Assembly: GCA_964016885.1 (NCBI GenBank)
Contig: OZ024760.1
Span: 31,124,001 to 31,188,000 of the forward strand
Direction: 5' to 3'
Origin: Eledone cirrhosa
Taxonomy: Eukaryota
Length of the DNA stretch: 64,000 nt
Positions 40,001-52,711 of the stretch are shown one piece after another. A program made the position numbers and the translations under genes. Position 1 is the stretch's first letter; each line of letters opens with the position of its first letter. The notes below the pieces were generated by a model. The model saw nothing but the letters and a program-made list of their open reading frames with translations. It was not told where the DNA came from and did no database searches.

Positions 40001-41166
40001 TTTTGTGTTTGTTTGCATGTAAGGAGCATTGTCACATATCCTATGGTTTTTCGTAGGTCAGCAATCTTTTTTTCTATTTTAGTTATATATGATGGTATTT
40101 TTGGTGGTGTTTTGTTCTTGTTATTATCTCTGTTATCACCAAGATAATGCTTCTCTGTCGTAGCTAAGGTATATAAACAGGTGTTGATTTGCCAAAATGT
40201 TGGGGTTTTTATCCGTCCTAAATATTCATCCTCTATTTCGTCAATAACACGTAATATTTCATTATTTGGTTTTTTATTAAATATTGTTGTTTTAAAGAGA
40301 AATGTTTATACATGAACTAATTTCTCTCAGAGATTTCGTTGAAGGAAATTTTCAATTGTTTATACTTTTGATTATTATCATTATCGATAGTATTTTCCAC
40401 AACAGTCGAGGTAGACTAGGATGGTACACGTGGTGTCAAATTTTTTCCATTATTATTATTTCTTCGATTATTATCGATAGTGTTTTCCCCAGCATTCGAG
40501 GTAGACTTAGATGGTACACGTGGTGTCAAGTTTCTTACAGGCATAGTTGTTTCAAGGCGCTGTTCGACCTGGCTGCTAGGAAGTCTAGTAGCATGGTGAC
40601 CTGTAGCATGTGTTGTTGATTCCATGTTTGTTGTGGGGGGACTTACAATTAATAATATTTATTTTATTTTTACGTTCAACAAACGTCGATTGTTGGCGTA
40701 ATTCTTTCGCTGTGAAGTGATTTAGCTCTGGGTGTATTTTGTCCCAGTGTAGCTTCATTCTGTTCATATAGCCAATGGAGGGATTGTTTTTTGCCATTTA
40801 TAACAATTAAATAAATCATCATTAACTCCAAGAGAAATGCGATTTATAATTTCGGTTTCTTCTGTAGCTACAACTGAATAAATTTTGTTTACCTTTCTCG
40901 TTGTTTTTCTTCGGTACTTCCTTAATGTTGTTGTTGTTGTTGATGTTGTGTTCAGCCATGCTGTTTGTAGCAAATCCTTGTGAGATGAATTATGTATTTA
41001 GTTGGATATCTCTACGAATTCGAATAAAAGGTGTCTTCAGTAAATATATTTAGAAGAATAGCCAGTTATTCAACATGACTGTAGTTGTGGCCTTATTGTC
41101 GGAGATAGTATTCATCTTAAATTTAATGTCCCACATCAAAATATGCAACTGATCGTGTTGACCGAC
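37065..41166 (-). mobile_element. Decayed R4/Dong-like non-LTR retrotransposon (RT, CCHC, restriction-like endonuclease)
   Basis: NYRPIAC, WLDYRKAFDSVPH, GIFQGDSLS and FFVDDLKLY motifs; C-terminal MPVIIGALG; many frameshifts. Confidence 0.88.
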
Positions 41167-41304
41167 TATGTATGTATGTAGATAATATTAGTAACGGAAA
41201 GACCAGTGGAAACATTGTGTCCTTGGTCTAATTTGAGTCCACTCCACTCTGCAAGCAAATGAGGTCTGGGATCTTGTTGATCGATCAGAGCAAGCGAGTG
41301 TATA

Positions 41305-41345
<41 letters not shown>

Positions 41346-41519
41346 CTCTATATCTATATATAACCACAAACAAATACATACATAACTACTCAAAAACACA
41401 CATAACACATACATACATACACAGAGTTACACACACACACTCAAACATAACCACACACATGATCACACACCAGACTACACCTCAGACAGCCACACCACAC
41501 CTATCCTCACAATACTCAC

Positions 41520-41641
41520 CCTTGGGGCATCTAAATGTCCATTGATATAGCTCAGGTTGACATTGTCATCCCAGTATTCCTTGTAATGTTTTGCTGCCCT
41601 ATTGATATACTTCCGGTGAACCCAACAGATCAAAGGAATGC
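41520..41641 (-). CDS. Internal exon of the membrane-protein gene (end of TM helix plus juxtamembrane tail)
   Basis: atttcag acceptor and GTGAGT donor; 122 nt, phase 1 to 0; (S)IPLICWVHRKYINRAAKHYKEYWDDNVNLSYINGHLDAPR. Confidence 0.8.
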
Positions 41642-41725
41642 CTGAAATATAAACAGGGATTTGAACATGAGTGAGGCAGAGATTATATATACACATGGGA
41701 GGGCTGAGCTGGTATCGACATGTAT

Positions 41726-41811
41726 ATCAAATTTGATATAGAAATGACTTCTACAGGACTAGAATTGTTTCATTCTAGTCCTGTAGAAACCATTCCTATA
41801 TTAAACTTGAT
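41726..41811. repeat. ~85-nt imperfect hairpin (MITE-like)
   Basis: TTCTACAGGACTAGAAT / ATTCTAGTCCTGTAGAA perfect core with extended imperfect arms. Confidence 0.75.
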
Positions 41812-41867
41812 GTTTACATTCTACTTATGTATTGAGTACCATAGTTACTGTGGATACTCCTGATTGA

Positions 41868-41939
<72 letters not shown>

Positions 41940-42125
41940 CAAAGAATGCGTGGTAAGATACCAGGTGGACCATAACGCACCAGAGTACTCGGTACTTAGG
42001 GTAGTAGAGTGGGTAGTATGAAAAGAGTCAGGACCCTGACGGCTCGGATCTAGCTGTCGAAACACAATCTGTACAGTATATGGAAGGTATATATTAGGTT
42101 AACGCTTGAAATAGCAGGAAGAGGG

Positions 42126-42161
42126 TCTTAACGTTTCGGACGCCAGCCCTTCATCAGAAGA
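42126..42161 (-). ncRNA. Minimal hammerhead ribozyme motif of Penelope-like type
   Basis: UCUU CUGAUGA A GGGC-UGGC-GUCC GAAACGUU AAGA: intact core, stems I and II, palindromic ACGU in place of stem III. Confidence 0.65.
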
Positions 42162-42259
42162 AAGAATGAGAAATAAAATAGATTGAGGGGATGGGCGGGA
42201 TGGAATAGGAAAAAATGTCTTTAGATAAAAATAACAGGTCCATTCATGTTGACATCTCT

Positions 42260-42620
42260 TGCATATAATTTTCTGGCTGGGAAATGACAACAGGCTGGGT
42301 GGAGTAGGTATTCTATTAGATAAGGTAATCTCTGTGAACAGAATGAACACGAGAATCATTAAACTTAGACTAATCCTGAGTAAAACAATAAAGGTGCAGT
42401 TGCCCTGACAGACGCTGAGAAGAAAGCTGCGTGGAAGAACCATTATGAAAGGTTATTGAATGAGGAGAATGCATGAGAGAAAGAGAATCTACCCCAAGTT
42501 GACCCCATAGAGGGCCCAGCCGTACAAGTCAGCAGCAGTGTAGTAAGTAAAGCAATTAAGGAGATGAAGGCCGGGAAAGCAGCCGATCCATTGGTAATAG
42601 TTGCCGAGATGTTGAAACCA
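42260..42620 (+). mobile_element. Highly decayed RTE LINE fragments
   Basis: Similar to 33210-33330 (FW.GN...GGVGILL) and 34320-34530 (HYERLLNEENA...DPIEGPA). Confidence 0.65.
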
Positions 42621-42762
42621 CATGTAAACCAAGTATAGAGAGGGGGGGGGGAAGGGAAGGGAGGGAGGTGGAGAGAGATTACATCAACACGCAAACATGG
42701 TCGGGACCAAATTCCTTAAAAGGGACCCCTAAAAAAAAGTAACCAAGAGGAGTTCTACTTAC

Positions 42763-44139
42763 TGATACCCAAAATAATAATTGCTGCACCGAACGAGATA
42801 CCAATTATTTCCGGTGTGCTGAGGTACGTGTCCGTAGCGTGGGTACCAGAACTGGTATCTGTGGAGTAATTAGATGCCACCCTGGTGTGGTCGCTGGTGA
42901 GGGGACCCAGTGTGGAGAGTGTCCGTGTGCCATTGGCAACGAGGGTGGGGGTGTCACCGCCAGTAGACGGGCCCACAGGTGACGTGTATGTGTTCAACAT
43001 GTCGGGGTGGTGGGTAGTGGTGGTGGTGGTGGTAGTGGTGGTGGCGGTGTTGTTGGTGTTGCTGTTGTTTGAAGTGCTGTGCCCTGACTGGGTGGCATTG
43101 TTCACCGTTATCACAACCTGGCTGCTTGCCCCACCCCCACCACCACTGTTGTTGTTGTTGTTGTTGTTGCTGTTGTTGCTGCTGCTGTTGTGAGAGTGTG
43201 AGATATTCATTGCTATTGCTACTGCTGGTGGTGGCGGTGGCAGTGGTGTTGTTGTTATTGCTGCTGTTCTTGTTGTATGTTGAAACCAAAATGGCGGCCA
43301 AGTCCGAAAGGTGGTCGTCGTCGTTGGAGACGTTGATATGGGTGGGGGCGGAGAAGACAATGTTGTGGCACTTCGGGCCAAACGGAGCTTCAGAACTGCA
43401 CACTGCCCTCTCTCGAGAATCTCTTCAAAGTTCAGCTGTTTCTTTCTCAAAGCGGAACCGTGCTGGGTTTTCATGTTTCTCACATGGTCCGCTGACTTTG
43501 CGGCAATTGCAGCCGTCTGTAGCGGAAGGGGCGGATGACCACGGAGCCGTGTGGTCTTCGGCGTCGGACGCCGCGCAGCGTTAGCGGCGGAATCAAAGAG
43601 AGGCTGGCTCAAAGTGTCGACCGACTTTGGCCTTGTTATGTTTCGTCGAAGTTTACGTTTCCTCTGCAGAACAACAGACTCGAGTGACCGACTCAAAAGG
43701 CCACTGGGCCTAGGACCCTGGTCAGCAAGACTAGGTGAAAGGGTTAAAGGTCGTCGTGCTGGCAAGCTTTCCAATTTGAACATCGGCACCGAACGGTTGG
43801 GGTCAGTCTGTCGATAGCTTTTGGCTGGAAGAGGTTTCGCTGTGGCTGCATGATGGCTAGTAACTGTGGCCAAAAGCTTCATGGACGGAACAGTGAAATT
43901 TCTGGTAAACGATGATGGGTGGGTTGTCTTTGTGGTTGGTTGTTCTTGATCTTCTTGATGATGATGATGCTGATACTGTCTAGGGAATAGTTGGAGGTAC
44001 TGTTGGTCATGAGAAATTTCAGCTAGGGAGTCACGGTCAACTTGTTCGGAGACCTTTTTTTCTGTGGCAGCTCTCACCCCAGAAGTACATTCTAATGAAT
44101 CAGGTACCAATACAAATATCAGGACAAACAGTGGAACAT
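42763..44139 (-). CDS. Large exon of the membrane-protein gene: hydrophobic signal-like segment, low-complexity Ser/Thr-rich ectodomain, start of TM helix
   Basis: tttttcag acceptor and GTAAGT donor; open frame VPLFVLIFVLVPDSLEC...PEIIGISFGAAIIILGI; phase 1 to 1. Confidence 0.85.
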
Positions 44140-44259
44140 CTGAAAAATAGAAAATATGGAAAAATATTTTAAATATTTACAACTCATCATCATCATCAAC
44201 ATTCAACATCCATTTTCTATGCTAGCATGGCCGGTGCCAACCCTTACCTATGGTCATGA

Positions 44260-44680
44260 ATCTTGAGTAATGATGGAAAGAATACGACTGCGAATACAAG
44301 TGGCCGAAATGGGGTTCCTCCAAAGGGTCTTTGGAAGTAACGTTACCTAATAGATTGTAGTTCGGAGATGAGAAAGTCACTCCAGGTAGAGTCACTACTT
44401 CTCCAAATTGAGAGATCACAGCTCCAATAATATGGACATGTGGTTAGAATGTCTCAGGAAAGAATCACTGGACAGATTTTATAAGCAAAACCAAATGACA
44501 GGAGACCCAGGAATAGACCCCGAGCAAAATGGTTAGACAACATCCATGAGATTGGCTGGTCTTGCTTGGGGACCCAGCCGGATCAGTTGGAGACGGTTGC
44601 TTCTGACAGGAGCCACAGGAAATAATGTTTGAGGTCTCTGGCCCCACGACCCTCTCAGAAATAAGTGGGAAAGAAGAAAA
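44260..44680 (+). mobile_element. Decayed LINE 3' fragment (RTE-like); related copy at 58510-58760
   Basis: IERSQL..YGHVVRM-like remnant; shared 3' end CCTCTCAG(G/A)AATAAGTGGG. Confidence 0.55.
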
Positions 44681-44715
44681 TTTTTTTCTTTCGGTTTCAT
44701 ATATTATTATTATTA

Positions 44716-44838
44716 TTGTTCAAATCCCGAGGTTAACTTTGCCGTTCATCTTTTCAGGGTCGATAAAATAAAGTACCAGTAATGTACTGGGTAATTGCTG
44801 GCCTTGTGCCAAAAGTAGAAACAATTATTATTATTATT
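44716..44838 (+). mobile_element. 5'-truncated Nin-domain SINE
   Basis: GGTCGATAAAATAAAGTACCAGTAATG core and (ATT)n flanks. Confidence 0.7.
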
Positions 44839-44849
44839 GTTATTATTTT

Positions 44850-45005
44850 CATTGTGCATCATTACTGCTTTACCGAGCACAGCTCTGTGCATCTTGGGTA
44901 TGTGCAGTGTAGTTTTTGCTGATGTTTCTATTGTTTTGATAGTACTTTTTGTAATATGTGTACAGTGCCTAGTAATGCTATCTTTTGTATGTATGTATGT
45001 ATGTA

Positions 45006-45058
<53 letters not shown>

Positions 45059-45660
45059 GTGCGTGTGTGTGTGGGTGGATGGGTGTGTACGTCTTGGGGT
45101 ACTCTATATATGTATAGTGTCTAGTAGTGCTGTCTTTTGTATGCTGTATACATTTGTAAGTCCTGTGGTACTCTATATAATATATATACAGTACCTAGTA
45201 GTGCTATCTTTAGTATGTTGTATATATTTGTAAGTCCTGTGGTACTCTATATAATATATATACAGTACCTAGTAGTGCTATCTTTAGTATGCTGTATATA
45301 TTTGTAAGTCCTGTGGTACTCTATATTATATATATACAGTACCTAGTAGTGCTATCTTTAGTATGCTGTATATATTTGTAACACATGTGGTACTCTATAT
45401 CATATATATACAGTACCTAGTAGTGCTATCTTTTGTATGATGTATATATTTGTAAGTCCTGTAGTATTCTATATAATATATATACAGTACCTAGTAGTGC
45501 TATCTTCTGTATGCTGTATATATTTGTAAGTCCTGTGGTTTGGCTATGTATTTATCTGTGTTTTTATCATTCCTAGATCACCTATTATTATAGGTATTGT
45601 TTCTGTTTTCATTTTCCACATTTGAGTTATTTCTATCTCTAGATCTTTATATTTGGAGAG
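44850..45660 (-). mobile_element. 3' fragment of a second R4/Dong-like LINE family
   Basis: SKYKDLEIEITQMWKMKTETIPIIIGDLG and IQKIALLGTVHILQK endonuclease C-terminal motifs; ends in a (TAA)n-like tract. Confidence 0.7.
45100..45540. repeat. 74-bp minisatellite (~6 copies) derived from LINE coding sequence
   Basis: CAGTACCTAGTAGTGCTATC recurs at 74-bp spacing (approximately 45189, 45263, 45337, 45411, 45485). Confidence 0.88.
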
Positions 45661-45960
45661 TAATTTTATAACCCTTTGAACTGGTTATAATTTCTACGAT
45701 GCGGGGTTACTAACAATTTTATCTCAGGTGTAATTTCCGACTACAAAACGGAAGACTTTCAAGCGAAACTCCAACTGAACTTCTGACAACAAGACACATT
45801 GCTTATTTATAATAGTCCACCGAGTCCATTTCTTTAATCCCAAAGGGGTGTTCACCACAACAAGTAACAACAACAAAAAACTTACATCTATGAGGATGAA
45901 AGTGCCAAAGGGTGTGTAGCATCTGTCGGTCTCAACATGGGCAAGGTAGGTGCCTGATAC

Positions 45961-46224
45961 AGGGGTGACAGCACTTGGTGAGGGCTCAAAGACTGACATC
46001 AACCAGGGGTGACAGTACTTGGTGAGGGCTCCAATAGTGACATCAACCAGGGGTGACAGTACTTGGTGAGGGCTCCAATAGTGACATCAACCAGGGGTGA
46101 CAGTACTTGGTGAGGGCTCCAATAGTGACATCAACCAGGGGTGACAGCACTTGGTGAGGGCTCAAACACTGACATCAACCAGGGGTGACAGCACTTGGTG
46201 AGGGCTCAAACACTGACATCAACC
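45961..46224. repeat. 44-bp minisatellite, 6 copies
   Basis: AGGGGTGACAG(C/T)ACTTGGTGAGGGCTC...GACATCAACC recurring every 44 bp. Confidence 0.93.
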
Positions 46225-46333
46225 TAAATACACAATCTGCCATCTAATGGAGGACCTACAACAACAACAACAACAATTACAATAATACAAAGAAAGAAAA
46301 TGTAAACAGCAACAGTAAAAATGTAATGAAAAA

Positions 46334-46659
46334 CAGTGTACCCCTGGCATTCGTGGTCCCGGTTATTCGCAGGATTTTCCTTAGAACCTAACTAATAATT
46401 GTCCATGGAAACCACCGCATATTCGCGGAATTGTAAATATCTTCTGCAATCTTTTTAGGGCTTTTTTCATAACAATTTACTGTATTTGCCGACCTATTGG
46501 ACGCCCCTTCGCATGAGACGCTCCCTTTTTTTTAAATTATATTTTACATATTTTAACATTTATAGGCATTTTTATAGACCACGTCAAATATTCGCAGTTT
46601 TTCACTCTTTGTGGGTGATCTAGGTATATAACCCCCACAAATACTGGGAGACAACTGTA
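46334..46659. mobile_element. Pogo/Tigger-like MITE (degenerate)
   Basis: Imperfect TIRs CAGTGTACCCCTGGCATTCGTGG / CCACAAATACTGGGAGACAACTG followed by TA. Confidence 0.45.
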
Positions 46660-47120
46660 TATGGACTTATGATGATGATGATGATGATGATGGTGATAAT
46701 ACTTATATATGCGATGGTAGTGTTCTATCATGATCTGAGGGAGATTGTGGTGTGAGTGTATGTATGTAAGTGTGTATATGTGTGCATGTATATGTATGTG
46801 AGTGTGTGTAAGTATATGTAAGTGTGTGTGTATGTGTGGGTGTGAGTGAGTGTAAGTGTGTGTGTGTGTGAGTAACTGTGTGAATGTGTGTATGTGTAAG
46901 TGTGAGTGTGTGTGTGGTGTATGTGTAAGTGTGTATGTGTGTATGTGTGTCAGTCTATCCTCCATTGACCAGAGACACACAGAAATACTCCACATTAGCC
47001 TCAATTGTTACTGGGGAATTAGCCAAAAGCCAGCATCTCCCACCTTACCTGTCCCTGCCACCCGGGAAATTGTGCCAACATTCACAGACAGAAGAATACA
47101 AGCTGTTACAGGAATATGTT

Positions 47121-47173
<53 letters not shown>

Positions 47174-47239
47174 TATATATATATGCATGTATTTGTGCAC
47201 ATATGCATATAAATACATACACCCACACATGTATATATA

Positions 47240-47316
47240 TACAGGATGTCCCCAAAAATGTATACACACTTTTATTAACTGTTGAAATATGTATACATTT
47301 TTGAGACATTGTGTGT
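47240..47316. mobile_element. Tiny Tc1/mariner-type MITE; second copy at 51497-51579
   Basis: TACAGGATGTCCCCAAAAATGTATACA...TGTATACATTTTTGAGACATTGTG inverted ends set in TA repeats. Confidence 0.6.
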
Positions 47317-47919
47317 ATATATATATATATAGGGAGAGAGAGACATACATATATATATTCTTTTAACACCTACATATATATATACTCATACGCATGCATA
47401 CATACATGCATACATACTTGTACATGCATACATACATACACATCCAATGTTAAAAAAGTAGAGGCATTAACTAATAATTTTTGTTGTCATAATTCTAGTG
47501 ATGTTTTGCCATAGATAAAATGTCTAAATTAGCCAAATTTTACTATAAAAGAGGGGTGCTTTTTTTGCTGATTTACGTTTAATTAATAGAAAAACCCCGT
47601 GATAATAGAGGTTCCAATACTCAAGTTATGGGCTTCTAAAATGTTCAGTATAGGGCGTTTAACCCCCATTAGGGTGTCTTAATATTATTGAAATTTGCTG
47701 AAATTTTGTGAATAATCATCATATCTTGTCATTTATCTATGGGTTAAATTTCATATATATCGAAGGGAAAACATTTTCAGCAGGGCTTTGTGCTCCCGGG
47801 GAACACTTTGATTAAAATGAAATATACTTAAGTGAGAGGTGGAGGTGAAAGTGAGAGGTGGAAGTGAGAGGTGGAAGTCAACCAAATTCTATTCAAAAGG
47901 GTCCACCAGAAAACCTAAA

Positions 47920-48712
47920 ACCACTACTGACACCACTACTAACACCACTACCACACTTACAACCACCACCAATACCACTCTCACAAACCCAACCACAACC
48001 ACCACCAACACCACATTACCACCACACTACTCTCACTAACCCCCCCACCACCACCACAACCTCCACTACCACCACACCACCACCACTCACTAACCCCACC
48101 ACCACCACACCACTCATTAACCACACCACACTACCACACCACCACCAACACCACAACAACACTACCACCACCACATCACCATCACCCCACCACACACCAC
48201 TCTCACTAAGCCCACCACCACCACCACCACTACCACCACCACCACATCACCACTACCACCACTACCACCACCACATCACCCCCACTCATCCCACCACACA
48301 CGACTCTCACTAACCCCACCACCACCACCACTACCACATCACCACCACCACCACCACATCACCATCACCACCACAACCACCACATCACCACCACCACATC
48401 CCATCACCACCACCACATCACCACCACATCACCACCACTACCACCACCACCACCACCACATCACCACCACTACCACCATCACCAACACATCACCACCACC
48501 ACATCACCACCACATCACCACTACCACATCACCACCACCACACCACCACCACCACATCACCACCTCACCATTACTACCACATCATCACCACCACCACCAC
48601 ATCACCACCATCACACCACCACTACCACCACCATCACACCACCACTACCACTACCACCACCACCACCACCACCACCACTACCACCACCACATCACCACCA
48701 CTACCACTACAT
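47920..48712. repeat. Degenerate (ACC)n/(ACCACATC) simple repeat
   Basis: Direct inspection. Confidence 0.9.
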
Positions 48713-49173
48713 CAGTAGTTGATTAGGTGACATTGACTGGTGAAGACAAGTGAGATTATATCAATAAAGGTTAAAAATAGCAACAACAACAACAACAGCA
48801 GTAACAGTAAATACAAGGCAGACTGGATAGATGCGTTTACAATAGTAGATAGAAGTTGTGTATATATTTATACATACATACACACATACAACTGTGTGTA
48901 TGTATGTACTATATATACATATATAGATATAAGTATGTATGTATACGTACATACATATATGTATACAGACGTACAGTAGCATGCATATGCATATATATAT
49001 ATATATATATATATATGCATACAGGTACACAAACATATATGTACGCATCAGTTTAGCGGACGCTTATTATAGCGCCCGCTTTGTTCGTTTGTAAACAAAC
49101 TGAACAGCCTGAATTTATGCCACACGGTGTTAAGGCAACCACGTCACCTTTTTTGTTCAACACTGACACAGGA

Positions 49174-49216
49174 ACGATGTACTAGTTTCAAGCTTGTTAG
49201 CTATCATCAGCACCGT
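49174..49216 (-). ncRNA. Minimal type-I hammerhead ribozyme (left arm)
   Basis: Exact reverse complement of 49513-49555. Confidence 0.78.
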
Positions 49217-49512
49217 ATACCCATCTGCCAGATAGTTGAACGTTCGAAAGTATATACTTTCCTTATGAAAATTAACGGCTGAGCAGCCTAATTTGCATAT
49301 CGAGTGAGTTAAATCGGTCAGGCGCACCGAAAACGATGAGTGCCGTACTAAGAGTGAGAAATGAAATTTCGTTTTCATTTTATTACAACTCATCGTTTTC
49401 GGTGTGCCTGACCGATTTAACTCACTCGATATGCAAATTAGGCTGCTCAGCCGTTAATTTTCATAAGGAAAGTATATACTTTCGAACGTTCAACTATCTG
49501 GCAGATGGGTAT

Positions 49513-49555
49513 ACGGTGCTGATGATAGCTAACAAGCTTGAAACTAGTACATCGT
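49513..49555 (+). ncRNA. Minimal type-I hammerhead ribozyme (right arm)
   Basis: ACGGUG CUGAUGA U AGCU-AACA-AGCU U GAA A-CUAG-U A CAUCGU: 6-bp stem I, intact core, 1-bp stem III with palindromic CUAG loop, GUA cleavage triplet. Confidence 0.78.
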
Positions 49556-49853
49556 TCCTGTGTCAGTGTTGAACAAAAAGGTGACATGGTTGCCTTAACA
49601 CCGTGCGGCATAAATTCAGGCTGTTCAGTTCGTTTACAAACGAACAAAGCGGGCGCTATAATAAGCGTCCGCTAAACTGATGCATACATATATGTATGTG
49701 TACCTGTATGCATATATATATATATATATATATGCATGCTACTGTACGTCTGTATACATATATGTATGTACGTATACATACATACTTACATTTAAGTAAG
49801 TGCCGTACTAAGCGTGAGAAATGAAATTTCGTTTTCATTTTATTACAACTCAT

Positions 49854-49893
49854 ATATAGATACATATACATATATATACATACATACATATAC

Positions 49894-49927
<34 letters not shown>

Positions 49928-50067
49928 ACATATATATATATACATATACATATATACATATACATATATACATATACATATATACATATACATATATACA
50001 TATATATATATACATATACATATATACATATACATATATACATATATACATACATATATATACATAC

Positions 50068-50106
<39 letters not shown>

Positions 50107-50177
50107 CATACATACATATACATACATACATATACATACATACATATACATACATACATATACATACATACATATAC

Positions 50178-50232
<55 letters not shown>

Positions 50233-50580
50233 CATACATATATATATATACATACATATATATATATACATACATATATATATATACATACATATATATA
50301 TATACATACATATATATATATACATACATATATATATATATACATACATATATATATATACATACATACATATATATATATACATACATATATATATATA
50401 CATATATATATATATACATATATATATATACATATATATATATACATATATATATATACATACATATATATATTATATATAATACATAGCATATATATAT
50501 ATATACATACATAACATATATATATATACATACATATATATATATACATATCATATATATATATATATATATACATATAC

Positions 50581-50632
<52 letters not shown>

Positions 50633-50850
50633 ATATACATATATATACATATACATATATATACATATATATATATATACATATATATATATACATATAC
50701 ATATATATACATATACATATATATACATATAATATATATATACATATATATATATATACATATATATATACATACTATATACATATATATACATATATAT
50801 ATATATATACATATATATATACATATATATATATATACATCTATATATAC

Positions 50851-50883
<33 letters not shown>

Positions 50884-50899
50884 CATATACTATATATAC

Positions 50900-50949
<50 letters not shown>

Positions 50950-51495
50950 CATATATATACATATATATACATATATATANNNNNNNNNNNNNNNNNNNNN
51001 NNNNNNNNNNNNNNNNNNNNNNNNNNNNNNNNNNNNNNNNNNNNNNNNNNNNNNNNNNNNNNNNNNNNNNNNNNNNNNNNNNNNNNNNNNNNNNNNNNNN
51101 NNNNNNNNNNNNNNNNNNNNNNNNNNNNNNNNNNNNNNNNNNNNNNNNNNNNNNNNNNNNNNNNNNNNNNNNNNNNNNNATATACACACATATATATACA
51201 TATATACACACACATATATATACATATATACACACATATATATACATATATATACACACATATATATACACACATATATATACATATATATACACACATA
51301 TATATACATATATATACACATATATACATACATATATATACACACATAAAAACATACAAATACACCAATATATACATACATAAAAACACACACATATATA
51401 TATATATATATACATGCATATACATAAATACACACATATATATATATATATACATACATAAATACACACATACATATATATACACATACACACAT
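49854..51495. repeat. (AT)/(ATAC) microsatellite containing a 200-N assembly gap (50980-51179)
   Basis: Direct inspection. Confidence 0.95.
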
Positions 51496-51632
51496 ATACA
51501 AGATATCCCCAAAAAAACGTATACACACTTCAAAAGCATTCTAATAAATATGTGTATACATTTTTGGGACACCGTGTATATATACATATCCATATATATA
51601 ATAACCAGACTGTGTGTGTGTGTGTCTGTGTG

Positions 51633-51663
<31 letters not shown>

Positions 51664-52193
51664 GTGTGTGTGTATATATATATGTATATATACACACACA
51701 CACACAACCTGGTTATTTTCGCTTTCACTATATATATAATTAATTTTAACAATATATTTAATATTTTATATGTAATGAAATATGGAGAAATTGAAAATCA
51801 GAGAAATAACATCGTATGGTTATATATAAATATAAACATCACTGATATATATATATAGTGTATGTATATAAACATTTTATACATCATGTGCAATATATAT
51901 ACTACATATATGCGTATATTTATATATATATATATATATATATAAATATATTGAATAAGTACGTATAATACAAATAATGGTATGTGTATATACATACATA
52001 CACATTTTACATATATATATATATATATATATATTTTTATATATATATATATATATGTGTGTGTGTATGTGTGTTTATAATTATTTGACAGATCGTTTCT
52101 TACCTGTGTTCAAAATAACTTAGAAAAAAACAGTGCTCTTTCTCTCCCTATATATATATATATTTATAGGTATGTATGTATATATATGTGTAT

Positions 52194-52250
<57 letters not shown>

Positions 52251-52334
52251 AACAGAGTATGTAACCCGCAGTGATTGTGTGTGGTAAATTAACTGACGGT
52301 GGTCCGCACTCTCTGTCTATATTTATACATACAT

Positions 52335-52367
<33 letters not shown>

Positions 52368-52711
52368 CATATATATACATATATGTGTATATGTATATAT
52401 ATATATGTGTGTATATATATATATGTATATATATGTAATGATAATAGTAATGAACGAAAGATATATACTTTATATCATCTCTATTTATATGTATGTATAT
52501 AATATATACACACAAACCTAGTATGTATTGGTGTGTGGTAAATTAACTGAAGGTGTTCTGTACTATATATATACACAAATATATGTGTATATATATAGGT
52601 GTATGTATATTATAGATATACACCAACCTAGTATGTAAGCCGCTGGTTTCACTCTGCTATTTTCACTTGCAAGTAATTATCTCTCTTTCTAGGTGTGATG
52701 GTCTTCCCGGC

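Larger units (their letters stand above)
48930..49853. mobile_element. ~400-bp-arm inverted repeat with directly duplicated spacer; Penelope-like terminal repeat structure
   Basis: Arms ~48930-49341 and 49389-49789; spacer 49342-49388 is repeated at ~49799-49853; each arm carries a hammerhead motif. Confidence 0.75.

Noticed and set aside
42030-42070. CTGACGG...GAAAC hammerhead-like string
   Set aside because: Core mismatch and no stem II or stem I pairing.
47050-47103. Candidate upstream exon of the membrane-protein gene (taacag|CTTG...GACAG|gtaagg, minus strand)
   Set aside because: Phase-compatible in one frame, but no in-frame ATG and no homology support; not called.
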